Shown: positions 42,107 through 54,002 of the stretch, piece after piece | Layout: each line of letters starts with the position of its first letter | Position numbering within the stretch: position 1 is the stretch's first letter | Notes under the pieces: generated by a model | What the model was told of the DNA's origin: nothing | Database searches by the model: none | The model's input: the letters and a program-made list of their open reading frames with translations, nothing else | Program-made: the position numbers and the translations under genes | From: Candidatus Limnocylindrales bacterium | Lineage (GTDB): Bacteria > Chloroflexota > Limnocylindria > Limnocylindrales > CSP1-4 | Assembly (NCBI GenBank): GCA_025450915.1 | Contig: JANWLH010000018.1 | Span: 1 to 60,214, forward strand | Direction: 5' to 3' | Length of the DNA stretch: 60,214 bases

Positions 42107-44971
42107 GAACTACTCCCCGTGGTGTGGCCTTGGCCGATGATAACCGGACCCTACCCCGACAACAGCCCGGCGACGGTCGCGGTCCTGCGGCTCAGGCTCG
42201 CAGGCGCTCCTCCAGGCGGCGGACCTGGTCGGCCAGCTCGGCATCCCGGGCGCGGGCGCCGGCGACGACGGCGGCCGGAGCTCGGCTCGTGAACGCTTCG
42301 TTGGCCAGCCGGGCCCGACTCGCCTCGAGCAGGGAGCGGGTCGAAGCGAGCTCGCGAGTGAGTCGCTCGCGGTCACGGTCCGCGGCAGAATCGGCGCCGG
42401 CAGGCGCTCCTGCGCCTGCCGCGGGCCGGCCGACGACGGCCTCGAATCCCGGGCCGATGACCGTGAAGCCGCCGACGGTCGTCGCCGCGTCGAACGCCGC
42501 CCGGCTCTCGTGGACCCGCAGCGGACGGGCCCGGGCCAGCCGCTCGACCGCGGATCGCAGGTCGCTCAGCGCCGCGCCGCTGCCCCCGGCGACAACGACA
42601 TCGACGGGCAGCCAGGCGGCCGCCTCGATCCGGGCCTCCGAGCGTGCGTTGCGGACGCCCCGGACGAGGTCGATGACGCTGCCGACGTCGACCTCGGCGG
42701 CCGCGTCGGCCCAGCCGGCCACCTCGGGACCCGGCCAGTCCGCGACGATGAGCAGCTCCGGGTCTCCTGGCGCATGGGGCGTCGCTGTCCAGATCGCCTC
42801 GGTGAGAAAGGGCATGAACGGATGGAGGAGGCGCAAGTCGGTGTCGAGCGCCTCGACGAGGGTCCACCAGGTCGCCTCGCGGACGTCGGCGACCAGGTCC
42901 CTGTCGGCAAGGCGGACCTTGGCCAGCTCCAGGCCCCAGTCGCACAGCTCGCTCCAGATCGCCTCGTACAGGACGCGTGACGCCTCGCCAAGGGCGAGAT
43001 CGGTGAACGCCCGGTCGACCGCCGCGGCCGTCGCCGCCGTCCGGCTGCGGATCCAGCGCTCGGCTGGCCCGAGCAAGCGCGGGTCGGGCGCCACGCGCGG
43101 AGCGTCGTGCGGGATCGTCTCCGGCCGGGCCCCGAGGACGAAACGGGCCGCGTTCCAGAGCTTGTTGCCGAAGTTGCGAGCCGTGTCGAGCTTGTCCTGC
43201 GAGAGACGCTGGTCGTTGCCCGGAGAGACGCCGTTGATCAGGGCAAAGCGCAGGGCGTCGGCCCCGATCGTGTCGATCGCCTCGAGCGGATCGACGACAT
43301 TGCCAGTGGTCTTCGACATCTTCTTGCCGATCGGATCGCGGACCATTCCATGGAGGTACACGGTCTCGAACGGCGGCCGGTCCATGAAGTGGATGCCGAG
43401 CATCATCATCCGGGCGACCCAGAAGAAGATGATGTCGTAGCCCGTCTCGAGGACCGTGCCCGGGTAGTACCGGGCGAGATCATCGGTCTCGGCCGGCCAG
43501 CCGAGCGTGGACATCGGCCAGAGGCCCGACGAGAACCAGGTGTCGAAGATGTCCTCGTCCTGGCGGAGCTCGGACCGCGGCCGGCCACAGGTCGTGCACG
43601 CGCCCGGCCCGTCGGCGTCGGCGGTCACGGTGATGTGGCCGTCGGGGCAGTACCAGGCCGGGATCCGATGGCCCCACCACAGCTGCCGGCTGACGTTCCA
43701 GTCACGGATCTCCGTCAGCCAATGCTCCCAGACCGCATCGAAGCGCTCGGGCACGATCCGCGTCTGTCCCCGGCGGGTCGCCTCGAGCGCCCGGGCGGCG
43801 AGCGGCTTCGTCCGGATGAACCACTGCGTCTTGAGGCGCGGCTCGATGATGTCGTTGCTGCGCTGGCAGCGGCCGATCAGCATCTCGTGGGGAACCGCGG
43901 CAACCAGGTCGCCCCGCGAATCCAGGTCGGCGAGGATCCGCCGGCGGGCCTCGGCCAGGGTCAGCCCGGCATACCCGTCGCCGTTCTCGTTGATCCGGCC
44001 GGCGTCATCGAAGACGTTGATCATCGGCAGGTCGTGGCGCCGGCCCGTTGCAAAGTCATCCGGGTCATGGGCTGGGGTGATCTTGACGGCACCGGTGCCG
44101 AATTCGGGCCGGACCGCCTCGTCGGCGATGACCGGTACGGGCCGCTCGACGAACGGAATCAGGACCGTCGCTCCGACCATCGGCGCATAGCGGGGGTCGC
44201 CCGGATGGACGGCGACCGCGACATCGCCGAGCAGCGTCTCGGGGCGGGTCGTGGCGATCTCGATCGCCTGTCCCGTCTTGACGATGCCGGCCTCGTCGAG
44301 GACGTGATAGCGGATCGTCCACAGCGTTCCCGTTTCCGGCGTCGGCACGACCTCGAGGTCGCTCACCGTCGTCTGGCAGCCGACACACCAGTTGGCCAGG
44401 GCCTCGGTCCGGTAGGCGAGCCCGTCGTCGTACAACCTCGTGAACGCCGTGCGCACGGCCCGGGCGCTCGTCTCGTCCATCGTGAATCGCAGGCGAGGCC
44501 AATCGAGCGACGAGCCGAAGCGCCGACTCTGGCGCAGGATCGTCTCGCGGGTCGTGTTGACGAACGCCCACATCCGCTCGAGATAGCGCTCCCGTCCAAG
44601 CGAGGCACGGGTCTCGCCCTCCCGGTCGAGGATCCGGTCGAGGACGACCTGGGCGGCGATCGAGGCATGGTCCAGGCCCGGCAGCCAGAGGGTCGGCCGG
44701 CCGTTCATCCGGGCGTGACGGACCATCACGTCCTCGACGTCCGCCGTGAACGCATGCCCCAGGTGGAGGGCGCCGGTGACGTTCGGCGGGGGCTGGACGA
44801 TGACGAACGGCGGCGCGCCAGGATGCGCGCGGCTGCCCGCCCCGTCCGGCGCGAAGACGTCGGCGGCCAGCCAGCGCTCGTAGATCCCGTTCTCGACGAC
44901 GCCGGGGTCGTAGACCCGGGGCAGGCCCGCGTCCGAACCGGGCTGACCCGGCCCGTCGCCGTGGTGCGTGC

Positions 44972-46282
<1,311 letters not shown>

Positions 46283-46310
46283 GCCGGGCTCCCGGCTCGC
46301 TCGAACACGT

Positions 46311-46988
46311 TCAGTCCTTGACCTTCTTCGGCGCGGGCGCCTCCTCGACGACGGCGGGGATCTCCCCGCCGGCGGCGCCGGCGTCGTGGGCCTGGGCGAT
46401 CAGCGAATCGCCGGTTGCGGTGTACACCTCATCGATGATGCCATAGTCGCGGGCCTCGTCACCCGACATGAAGAAGTCCCGATCGGTGTCCTTGACGATC
46501 TTCTCGAGTGGCTGGCCGGTGTGGCGGGCAAGAATTCGGTTGTTCACAACCACCAGCTGCTCCCACTCGCGCATCTGGATCATTGCGTCGGGGGCATTGC
46601 CGCGGAATCCGCCGGAGCCCTGGTGGATCATGATCCGGCTGTTCGGCAGGGCGTAGCGCTTGCCTTTCGCGCCGGCGGCCAGCAGGACCGCGGCCATGCT
46701 CGCGGCCATGCCGATGCACAGGGTGCTGACCGGGGCGCGCAGGAACTGCATCGTGTCGTAGATCGCCAGGCCCGAGGTCACGACCCCGCCGGGCGAGTTG
46801 ATGTACAGGCTGATGTCGCGCTCGGGATCCTCGGACTCGAGGAACAGGAGCTGGGCGATCACGAGGTTGGCCATGTGATCGTCGATCTGGTCGCCCAGGA
46901 AGATGATTCGTTCCTTGAGCAGGCGCGAGTAGATGTCGTAGGCGCGCTCTCCGCGGCTCGACGACTCGATGACCATCGGTACGAGCAT
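46311..46988 (-). CDS. clpP: ATP-dependent Clp protease proteolytic subunit
   Basis: [18 protein letters not shown], the [11 protein letters not shown] active-site Ser region, and IMIHQ. An AGGAG Shine-Dalgarno sequence precedes ATG 46988. The track ORF is over-extended to 47387. Confidence 0.95.
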   Translation of the reverse strand: MLVPMVIESSSRGERAYDIYSRLLKERIIFLGDQIDDHMANLVIAQLLFLESEDPERDISLYINSPGGVVTSGLAIYDTMQFLRAPVSTLCIGMAASMAAVLLAAGAKGKRYALPNSRIMIHQGSGGFRGNAPDAMIQMREWEQLVVVNNRILARHTGQPLEKIVKDTDRDFFMSGDEARDYGIIDEVYTATGDSLIAQAHDAGAAGGEIPAVVEEAPAPKKVKD

Positions 46989-47031
46989 TCGGGTTCTCCT
47001 GGAATCTCTGGCTGGTGCTGCGGGTTCAGGG

Positions 47032-48480
47032 TCAGGCCGGGGTGCCGGCTGGCTCGGTGCTCTCGACCGGTCCACCGGCCGGGGCGACGGCGGACGGGTC
47101 GGTCGCGCCGATCGCGGCATTCGAGCCGGCCGAATCGGACTCGACCGCCGCGGTGTCATTGTCTTCGAGGTGCGGCAGGGCCGGGTGCTCGGGATGGGCG
47201 GCCAGCCAGGCATCGACGAGGCCCTCGACCGTCCGCGTCCGGCGGAGCGTGCTCCGGATGAAGTTGCGGCCCCGTTCGGATTCGAAATAGCCGATCGTCT
47301 TCGGGTCGCCGGCGTAGCGCCGGCGGGCAGCCTCGACCTCCCCGGCGACGGCCGCATCGTCGACGACGATGCCCTCGGCGTCGGCAATCTTCGAGAGGAC
47401 GAGGAGGGTCTTGACTCGTTCCTCGGCGCGCGGCCGGAACTCGGCGTGGAGATCGGCCTCCGTCTGGCTGGTCGCCTTGAGATAGGCGGCTTCGCCGATC
47501 CCCTGACGAGCGATCGAGGCCCGGAACTCGTCGTGCATCACCTCGACCTCCTGGTCGATGAGGATCGGCGGGACGGCGAGGGTCGAGTTGGCGACCGCGT
47601 ACTGGATGATCCGGTCGCTGAACGTATGCCGGGCGCGATCGAGGGCGCTCTTCTCGAGGCGTTCGCGGATCGCCTCGCGCAGCTCGACGAGGTCCTTGAA
47701 GTCGCCCATCTGGGTCGCGAACTCGTCATCGAGCGGCGGCTGGACCTTCTCGCGGAGCTCCTTGACGTCGACCGCGAAATGGGCCGGCTGGCCGGCCAGG
47801 CTTGCCTCGCCGTAGTCGTCAGGGAAGGTGAGGTCGAAGTCGAGGTGATCGCCGATCTTGGCACCGACGATATGGGCCTCGAACCCCGGGATCAGCCGTT
47901 CCTCGCCGATCACGATCGGCATCCGGTCGGACGACCCGCCGTCGAATGGCTTGCCGTCGTGGCTGCCGACGAAGCCGATCACCGCGTAGTCACCGGTGGC
48001 GGCCGGCCGGTCCTCGACCGGCTTGAGGGTCGCGTTCTGATCGCGGAGCTCCGAGACGACCTGCTCGACTTTGGCGTCGTCGACGGCCTCGATCTCGGGC
48101 GCAAAGTTGAAGTCCCGGTAGTTCCCGAGGGTCACCTCCGGCGGTACCTGGACGGTCGCCTTGAAGATGACCGGCTGGCCCTCGACGGCCTGGACCACCT
48201 CGACCTCGGCCTCGGTCAGGGGCACGATCCCCTGCTCGACGAGCGCCTCGCGATAGGCGCCCTGGATGAGCAGCTCGACCGCTTCATCGAGGACCGCTGA
48301 CGGTCCGAGGACTCGTTCGAGCATGAACCGGGGAGCCTTGCCCTGCCGGAAGCCGGCGACCTTCGTCCGTCGGGCGAGACGCCGGGTCGCCTCGTCCATC
48401 GAGCGATCGAGGCGCTCAGGAGGCAGCTCGATCTCGAGCAGGACGGTCGAATTCGGCGAGGGCGTGGCAGTGACGTTCAT
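47032..48480 (-). CDS. tig: Trigger factor
   Basis: N-terminal ribosome-binding GFRQGKAP motif, a central FKBP-type PPIase, and a C-terminal domain. Confidence 0.95.
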   Translation of the reverse strand: MNVTATPSPNSTVLLEIELPPERLDRSMDEATRRLARRTKVAGFRQGKAPRFMLERVLGPSAVLDEAVELLIQGAYREALVEQGIVPLTEAEVEVVQAVEGQPVIFKATVQVPPEVTLGNYRDFNFAPEIEAVDDAKVEQVVSELRDQNATLKPVEDRPAATGDYAVIGFVGSHDGKPFDGGSSDRMPIVIGEERLIPGFEAHIVGAKIGDHLDFDLTFPDDYGEASLAGQPAHFAVDVKELREKVQPPLDDEFATQMGDFKDLVELREAIRERLEKSALDRARHTFSDRIIQYAVANSTLAVPPILIDQEVEVMHDEFRASIARQGIGEAAYLKATSQTEADLHAEFRPRAEERVKTLLVLSKIADAEGIVVDDAAVAGEVEAARRRYAGDPKTIGYFESERGRNFIRSTLRRTRTVEGLVDAWLAAHPEHPALPHLEDNDTAAVESDSAGSNAAIGATDPSAVAPAGGPVESTEPAGTPA

Positions 48481-48488
48481 CGTCCGGG

Positions 48489-48494
48489 AGTATA
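48489..48494 (-). promoter_or_regulatory. Candidate -10 element TATACT (minus strand), 8 nt upstream of the tig ATG 48480
   Basis: The minus strand reads TATACT-cccggacg-ATG. It lies between the tRNA-Leu 3' end and tig. Confidence 0.4.
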
Positions 48495-48520
48495 GGCGGC
48501 GGCTCCCGACGACGCCGGGC

Positions 48521-48608
48521 TGGTGGGCGAGCAGAGACTCGAACTCTGACGCCGCTCACGCGGCACCGGCTCCTAAGGCCGGCGCGTCTGCCATTCCGCC
48601 ACTCGCCC
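48521..48608 (-). tRNA. tRNA-Leu, anticodon UAG, class II with a long variable arm and an encoded CCA
   Basis: Folded by hand: acceptor GGGCGAG/CTCGCCC, D-stem GCG/CGC, anticodon stem CCGGC/GCCGG with loop CUUAGGA, variable arm GCCGC-GTGA-GCGGC, T-arm CAGAG-TTCGAGT-CTCTG, then discriminator A and CCA. Confidence 0.9.
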
Positions 48609-48615
48609 CGACCGG

Positions 48616-48621
48616 AGTCTA
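48616..48621 (-). promoter_or_regulatory. Candidate -10 element TAGACT (minus strand), 7 nt upstream of the mature tRNA-Leu 5' end. It overlaps the TAG stop of the upstream gene.
   Basis: The minus strand reads TAGACT-ccggtcg-GGGCGAG. Confidence 0.35.
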
Positions 48622-49221
48622 GCGGACGGTCGGGGGCTTGACCCCTGCCGGGCGGGCCGGCTTTGCTGGCGCGGGAGTCGCCGGCGCGGCGGCCGGCGCT
48701 GGCACCGTGCCCCGCAGTCCGTCGAGTGCCTTGCGGAAGTCGGCCTCGTCGACGTTGACCAGCTGGGAGGCCAGCCGCCGGGCAAGCGTCCGGCTGGCCG
48801 GTACGACGAGCCCCGCCGTCAGGGCCCCCGCGATCCCTCCGAGGAGTCCCTTGTCCTCCTCGGGCTTGCGCTTCTCGAGGTAATTGGCGAACTCGCGCTC
48901 GAGCGTCCCGCGGACCTTCTCGCCATCGTCACCGAGCGAGCGCAGCGCCGCATCCACCTGCTTGGGCAGGAGCGACGGCGGCAGGGGTTCCTTCTTGCCG
49001 CGCAGGGCCCGGCCGACGCCCCGGGCGACCTTGAGCGGACCGCCCAGCGCCAGGAACCCGGCCCCGGCGGCGATGCCGGCGGCCTTTGCCGGGCTGCGCC
49101 GGACCTTCGCCTTGATGTCGACGGCCGCCCGGCCGGCTGCCTCGAGACGGGCGAGCTCCGCGGAGAATGCCTCGCGGGCCGCTACGACTTCGGCCCGAGC
49201 GGCCTCTGCTTCCGTACCCAC
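48619..49221 (-). CDS. Hypothetical protein, DUF3618-like (N-terminal coiled coil plus one or two hydrophobic segments)
   Basis: The N-terminus EAARAEVVAAREAFSAELARLEAAGRAAVDIKAKVRRSP resembles actinobacterial DUF3618 proteins. GTG start at 49221. Confidence 0.5.
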   Translation of the reverse strand: MGTEAEAARAEVVAAREAFSAELARLEAAGRAAVDIKAKVRRSPAKAAGIAAGAGFLALGGPLKVARGVGRALRGKKEPLPPSLLPKQVDAALRSLGDDGEKVRGTLEREFANYLEKRKPEEDKGLLGGIAGALTAGLVVPASRTLARRLASQLVNVDEADFRKALDGLRGTVPAPAAAPATPAPAKPARPAGVKPPTVR

Positions 49222-50087
49222 TCGATCGTCTCCTTTGTCGTCTCAATCGTGAGTCGAGGGTAGAACCGCTTCTTGAGCCCGTCGATATCGAGCCCCCGCC
49301 GATAGGTGTCGATGCCGACCAGCGCCGGCCACAGTGCCAGGGCGACGGCCAGGCCGAGGGCGACGGCCACGGCCACGCTGAAGTCGATGGCCACGACGGC
49401 CCCGATGATCAGGCCGAGGATCGCCAGGGCGATCGCGGCTCCGATCGTGCCGCCGGCGCCGAGGCGTCGCAGGAGCCCGACGACGATCCCGACCAGCGCG
49501 CCCACGATCAGGCCAGCCGCCAGCCCCACGACGAGCGGCCGGGGACCGGGATCCATCGACGGCAGGATCGACGTGCCCAGCGAGGTGAATGCCCGGTGGG
49601 GCAGGTCGACGGCCAGGACCACGGCCACCACGATGCCCACGATCAGCGCGACCATCAGCTGCGTCGCGATCCGCTGGCCGGGCACGTACAAGGCGGCCAG
49701 GACGAGGACCACGGCGCCGCCGATCGCCAGCTCGAGGCCGAGCAGGAGGCCCCAGCCGATCGAGCCGAAGAGCCATTCACCGAGGAACAGGGTCAGTCCG
49801 ATGGGCAGGAGCAGGCCGGCGAAGAACAGGAGCCCGAGGGCGATCCCCGCCAGGATGCCGACGCGCTTGCCCTCGTCGGCGATCTCGCCGAGCTCGGCTC
49901 GGGCCAGGGCGATGTGTGCCCGTCCGATTCGCACGGCCGCCGCGATCGTCGCCGACAGTTGCTCGCGGAGACCGTCGGGGGCGCGGTCGGGGTCGGGCGG
50001 GGCCGTTTGATCGTCCAGGATCGAGTCTCCGGCGCACTGGCTTGGGCACTCCGATGATACCCGGCGCCACGCCGCACCACCCGTCAC
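49182..50087 (-). CDS. Holin-X / phage-holin-family-3-like integral membrane protein
   Basis: RIGRAHIALARAELGEIADEGKRVGILAGIALGLLFFAGLL pattern followed by several more TM segments. GTG 50087 is the only canonical start. Confidence 0.55.
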   Translation of the reverse strand: MTGGAAWRRVSSECPSQCAGDSILDDQTAPPDPDRAPDGLREQLSATIAAAVRIGRAHIALARAELGEIADEGKRVGILAGIALGLLFFAGLLLPIGLTLFLGEWLFGSIGWGLLLGLELAIGGAVVLVLAALYVPGQRIATQLMVALIVGIVVAVVLAVDLPHRAFTSLGTSILPSMDPGPRPLVVGLAAGLIVGALVGIVVGLLRRLGAGGTIGAAIALAILGLIIGAVVAIDFSVAVAVALGLAVALALWPALVGIDTYRRGLDIDGLKKRFYPRLTIETTKETIEWVRKQRPLGPKS

Positions 50088-50106
50088 TGACCCGCCGACG
50101 CTGCGC

Positions 50107-50112
50107 TACGCT
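50107..50112 (+). promoter_or_regulatory. Candidate -10 element TACGCT, 6 nt upstream of the cinA ATG 50119
   Basis: TACGCT-ccagtc-ATG, with no Shine-Dalgarno sequence. Confidence 0.35.
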
Positions 50113-50118
50113 CCAGTC

Positions 50119-51324
50119 ATGGACGCAGCGAGCCGACCCGAGCGGAACCTTCGGACGGCCGAGATCCTCGCCGTCGGCGCCGAGCTGACCGTCGGCGAGA
50201 CCCGCGATACGAACAGTGGCGAGATCGCCCGCAGCCTGACCGAAGCGGGCGTCGCGATCGCCCGGATCGACGTCCTGCCCGATCGGCTGCGGGTCGTCGC
50301 CGGGACGTTCCGGGCCGCCCTGCGGCGGGCCGACCTGGTCGTCTCGACCGGCGGCCTCGGGCCGACCCCGGACGACCTGACGCGCGAAGCGATCGCCCGC
50401 GTGCTCGGTGAGATTCCCGAGGTCGATCCCGCCCTCGAGGCCTGGCTGCGCGGTCTCTGGTCGCGCCGCAAGCTGCCCTTCCCCGAGATCAACCGCAAGC
50501 AGGCCTGGCTGATCCCCAGCGCGCGGGCCCTGCCCAACCCCAACGGCACGGCGCCCGGCTGGTGGATCGACCGCCCGGACGGCCGGGTGGTGATCCTCCT
50601 GCCCGGCCCGCCGCGCGAGATGCGCCCGATGTGGGCGGATCACGTCCTGCCCGGCCTCCGGTCGCGCGGCCTCGGCCGCGGCCTGATCAGCCGGACCCTG
50701 CGCCTGACCGGGATCGGCGAGTCACAGGCCGCCGACCTCCTCGGGGAGCCGGTCCTGCGCCGGTCGAACCCGGAGATCGCCACGTATGCCCGGGTGGACG
50801 CCGTCGATGTCCGGATCTCGGCCAGCGACGGCCGCGGACAGACGGCCGACGCATTGCTCGATGAGGCCGAGGCGCTCGTCCTCGACCGCCTCGGGAGCTA
50901 TGTCTGGGCCCGGGGCACGACAACCTGGCCGGAGGCGATCGGGGCCGAGCTGGAGCGGCTGGGCTGGTCGCTGGCGATCACCGAGAGCGGTACCGAAGGC
51001 TCGCTCGGGACGCTCCTCGGCGGACTCGCGGGGTTGCGACGGGCCGAGATCCTGGCGGGTCCGGGCTCGGCGGCGGCCGTCGGAACCCAGGCCGAGGCGG
51101 TCGCCGCCCGATCGGGAGCCGATGTCGGCGTCGCGTTGGCCGCCCGGCCGAAGGGCGACGACACCGCGATCAGCGTCGGCGTCGCAACACCGGCGGGCAG
51201 GCATCGCGAGCGCCGGCTGGGCTTCCTGGGCGGCAGTGCCGGCCGCTCCCGGGCCGCCCTGATCGCGTCGGCCGCCCTCCTGAAGGTCCTCCGGACCGCC
51301 CTGCCCGGGTCGAGTCGCCGCTGA
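50119..51324 (+). CDS. cinA: CinA-family protein (MoCF-binding domain plus a nicotinamide-nucleotide amidohydrolase PncC-like domain)
   Basis: AEILAVGAELTVGETRDTNS, VVSTGGLGPTPDDLT and NPNGTAPG motifs. Confidence 0.9.
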   Translation: MDAASRPERNLRTAEILAVGAELTVGETRDTNSGEIARSLTEAGVAIARIDVLPDRLRVVAGTFRAALRRADLVVSTGGLGPTPDDLTREAIARVLGEIPEVDPALEAWLRGLWSRRKLPFPEINRKQAWLIPSARALPNPNGTAPGWWIDRPDGRVVILLPGPPREMRPMWADHVLPGLRSRGLGRGLISRTLRLTGIGESQAADLLGEPVLRRSNPEIATYARVDAVDVRISASDGRGQTADALLDEAEALVLDRLGSYVWARGTTTWPEAIGAELERLGWSLAITESGTEGSLGTLLGGLAGLRRAEILAGPGSAAAVGTQAEAVAARSGADVGVALAARPKGDDTAISVGVATPAGRHRERRLGFLGGSAGRSRAALIASAALLKVLRTALPGSSRR

Positions 51325-51430
51325 GCCTCAGGGGCGGCGCGAAGCCAGCACCCGGATCGAAGGCCGCGGGCTCAGCATCTCGGCGCGATGATGCAACTCC
51401 GCATCCCGTGGCGAAGGGCCATCCGGGCCG

Positions 51431-52507
51431 TCAGGAGATCGACAGGACGGGGGCCTCGTTGCGTGCCGCGGCGACGCTCATCCGGGCGGCGATTTGCTGG
51501 GCGATGTCGACGAGTGCCCGGGCGGCCGGACCGGGCTCGCGCTGGGCGACTGCCGGGATGCCGACGTCGGCGCCCTGCCGGACCGTCACGTCGAGGGGCA
51601 CCGAACCGAGGTAGTCGATGCCGTGCTCGCGAGCGAACCGCTCGCCTCCGCCCCGCCCGAAGATCTCGGTGACCTCACCGCAGTGGCCGCACACGAATGC
51701 GCCCATGTTCTCGACGATCCCGGTGATCGGGACGTTCATCCGCCGGAGCATCGCCAGCGCCTTGGTCACGTCGAGCAGGGCGACCTCCTGGGGCGTGGTC
51801 ACGAGAACGGCCCCGGAGATGGGTACCGCCTGGGCGAGCGTGAGCTGGGCATCGGACGTGCCCGGCGGCAGGTCCACGACGAGGTAGTCGAGATCGCCCC
51901 ACTCGACGTCGCGCAGGAACTGCTGGATCGCCCCGCCGATCAGCGGTCCGCGCCAGACGACCGGCTGGCCCTCGGGGACGAAGAACTGGATCGAGATCAC
52001 CTTGACGCCGTGGCGCTCGAGTGGCGTGATCTTGTTGTTCGGGCTCGCCTTGGGCTGGCCCTCGACGCCCATCATCAGCGGGATGTTCGGGCCGGTGATG
52101 TCGGCGTCGAGCAGCCCGACCGAGGCTCCGGCCTGGGCGAGGGCGACGGCCAGGTTGACGCTGACCGTGCTCTTGCCGACGCCGCCCTTGCCCGAGACGA
52201 CCGCGATGATGTTCTTGACACCGGGCAGGAGCTGCTGGGCCTGGGCGGGCGATGCCCGGCGGACCATGGCGCCCCAGGTGATCTCGATCGTCTCCGCACC
52301 GATCCCCCGGAGGGCCGCCCGGGCGTTGCCCTCGATCTCGTCCTTGAGCGGGCAGGCCGGCGTGGTCAGCTCGATCGTGAATGCCACGCGGCTGCCGTCG
52401 ATCGCCACGTTCTTGACCATGTTGAGGGTCTCGATGTCCCGCCCGAGCTCGGGCTCCTGGACGGTTCGCAGGGCGGCGTGGATCGCGTCCTCGGTGAGTA
52501 CGATCAT
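51431..52507 (-). CDS. apbC: Mrp/NBP35/ApbC-family Fe-S cluster carrier ATPase
   Basis: An N-terminal DUF59-like domain, VSGKGGVGKST deviant Walker A, DLPPGTSD, and the CGHCG cluster-binding motif. ATG 52507. Confidence 0.93.
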   Translation of the reverse strand: MIVLTEDAIHAALRTVQEPELGRDIETLNMVKNVAIDGSRVAFTIELTTPACPLKDEIEGNARAALRGIGAETIEITWGAMVRRASPAQAQQLLPGVKNIIAVVSGKGGVGKSTVSVNLAVALAQAGASVGLLDADITGPNIPLMMGVEGQPKASPNNKITPLERHGVKVISIQFFVPEGQPVVWRGPLIGGAIQQFLRDVEWGDLDYLVVDLPPGTSDAQLTLAQAVPISGAVLVTTPQEVALLDVTKALAMLRRMNVPITGIVENMGAFVCGHCGEVTEIFGRGGGERFAREHGIDYLGSVPLDVTVRQGADVGIPAVAQREPGPAARALVDIAQQIAARMSVAAARNEAPVLSIS

Positions 52508-52714
52508 GGGAGTGAGGTCCTCGGGCTCGGCAGCGGGTTGCCGGTTCTGACAGGTTTCGTGTCGCAATCGTAGCGCCGGTCGGGACAACCCGCCCCGCAC
52601 GCGTGGGGACACCGGGCAAGCTCCGTCGAACCTCATGTCGCCCGGCCGCCGATGCCTTCGATTTTCGTCGGAATGGCGTCTCGAAGGCACGAAGTCCGCA
52701 GCCTCCACGTGTCC

Positions 52715-52744
52715 TTGACACCCGTTTCGGCGCGGCCCTATCCT
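52715..52744 (+). promoter_or_regulatory. Candidate sigma-70-type promoter for the pot operon: -35 TTGACA (52715-52720) and -10 TATCCT (52739-52744), 18-nt spacer
   Basis: A perfect -35 hexamer in a GC-rich background. It is followed by the GGAGGAG Shine-Dalgarno sequence (52772-52778), which lies 9 nt before GTG 52788. Confidence 0.45.
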
Positions 52745-52787
52745 GCGGCCATCGGAGGCGCTCGCGAGCAGGGAGGAGACGCCTTCG

Positions 52788-53966
52788 GTGCGCGCTCGCC
52801 TTCCACCGGGAATGGTCGCACCCCACGCCACAGGAGTCGTAGGGCCCTTGTCCGAAATCGATGTCCGGCTCGTCGACGTGGTCAAGCGCTTCGGCGACAG
52901 CAATGCGGTCGACCACATCACCCTCGACGTCAACGACGGCGAGTTCTTCTCGCTCCTCGGACCGTCCGGCTGCGGCAAGACGACGACGCTTCGGATGATC
53001 GGCGGATTCGAGCAGCCGACGAGCGGCCTGATCGAGCTCCAGGGCCAGGATGTCACCTGGCTGCCGTCGTACAAGCGCAATGTCAACACGGTCTTCCAGA
53101 GCTACGCCCTCTTTCCGCACCTCACGATCGAGGAGAACGTCGCGTTCGGCCTTCGGCGCAGGGGGGTCAAGGACGCCGAGGTGAAGTCGCGGGTCACCGA
53201 CATGCTCCGGCTGGTCGAGCTGCCGGGCTTCGAGAAGCGCAAGCCGAACCAGATCTCCGGCGGCCAGGCCCAGCGGGTGGCCCTCGCCCGGGCCCTGATC
53301 AACCGGCCCGCGGTCCTGCTCCTCGACGAGCCGCTCGGCGCCCTCGACCTCAAGCTCCGCAAGCAGATGCAGGTCGAGCTCAAGCGGATCCAGCGGGAGG
53401 TCGGGATCACGTTCATCTACGTGACCCACGACCAGGAGGAGGCGATGACGATGTCCGATCGGATCGCCGTCATGAATCGCGGCAAGTACGAGCAGCTGGG
53501 CAACCCCGAAAGCCTGTACGAGCGGCCCCAGACCCGCTTCGTGGCCGGCTTCCTCGGCGTGAGCAACCTGCTCGCGGGCACCGTCGATGGAACCGCCGAC
53601 GGCTACGCCCTCGTCAAGCTGGCTGACGACACCCGGCTGCGCATACCGGCGGCGCTCGCCGACGGCAATACCCAGATCGAGGTTGGCATCCGGCCCGAGA
53701 AGGTCCGCATGAACACCCCCACCGATGCGATCCCGGCGGCCGCCAACCAGCTCGACGGGACGGTTACCGACGTGTCGTACGTCGGTGTCAGCACGCAGTA
53801 CATCGTCGACTCGAAGAGTGGTATCCCAATGACGATCTACGAGCAGAACATCGAGCGAACCACGAACGGCTCCCTCTACCGCCAGGGCGACGCGGTGCGC
53901 CTGTCCTGGATGCCCGAGCACACCTTCGTCGTCGGCAGCGCGCCGACGACGGCGCCGGGCGACTGA
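52788..53966 (+). CDS. potA: Spermidine/putrescine-type ABC transporter ATP-binding protein
   Basis: LLGPSGCGKTT Walker A, the ISGGQAQRVALARAL signature, LLLDEPLGALD, and a C-terminal TOBE-like domain. Confidence 0.92.
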   Translation: MRARLPPGMVAPHATGVVGPLSEIDVRLVDVVKRFGDSNAVDHITLDVNDGEFFSLLGPSGCGKTTTLRMIGGFEQPTSGLIELQGQDVTWLPSYKRNVNTVFQSYALFPHLTIEENVAFGLRRRGVKDAEVKSRVTDMLRLVELPGFEKRKPNQISGGQAQRVALARALINRPAVLLLDEPLGALDLKLRKQMQVELKRIQREVGITFIYVTHDQEEAMTMSDRIAVMNRGKYEQLGNPESLYERPQTRFVAGFLGVSNLLAGTVDGTADGYALVKLADDTRLRIPAALADGNTQIEVGIRPEKVRMNTPTDAIPAAANQLDGTVTDVSYVGVSTQYIVDSKSGIPMTIYEQNIERTTNGSLYRQGDAVRLSWMPEHTFVVGSAPTTAPGD

Positions 53967-54002
53967 CCCGGCTGAAGTTCCGACACCTCGCGAAGGAGAT
54001 CG

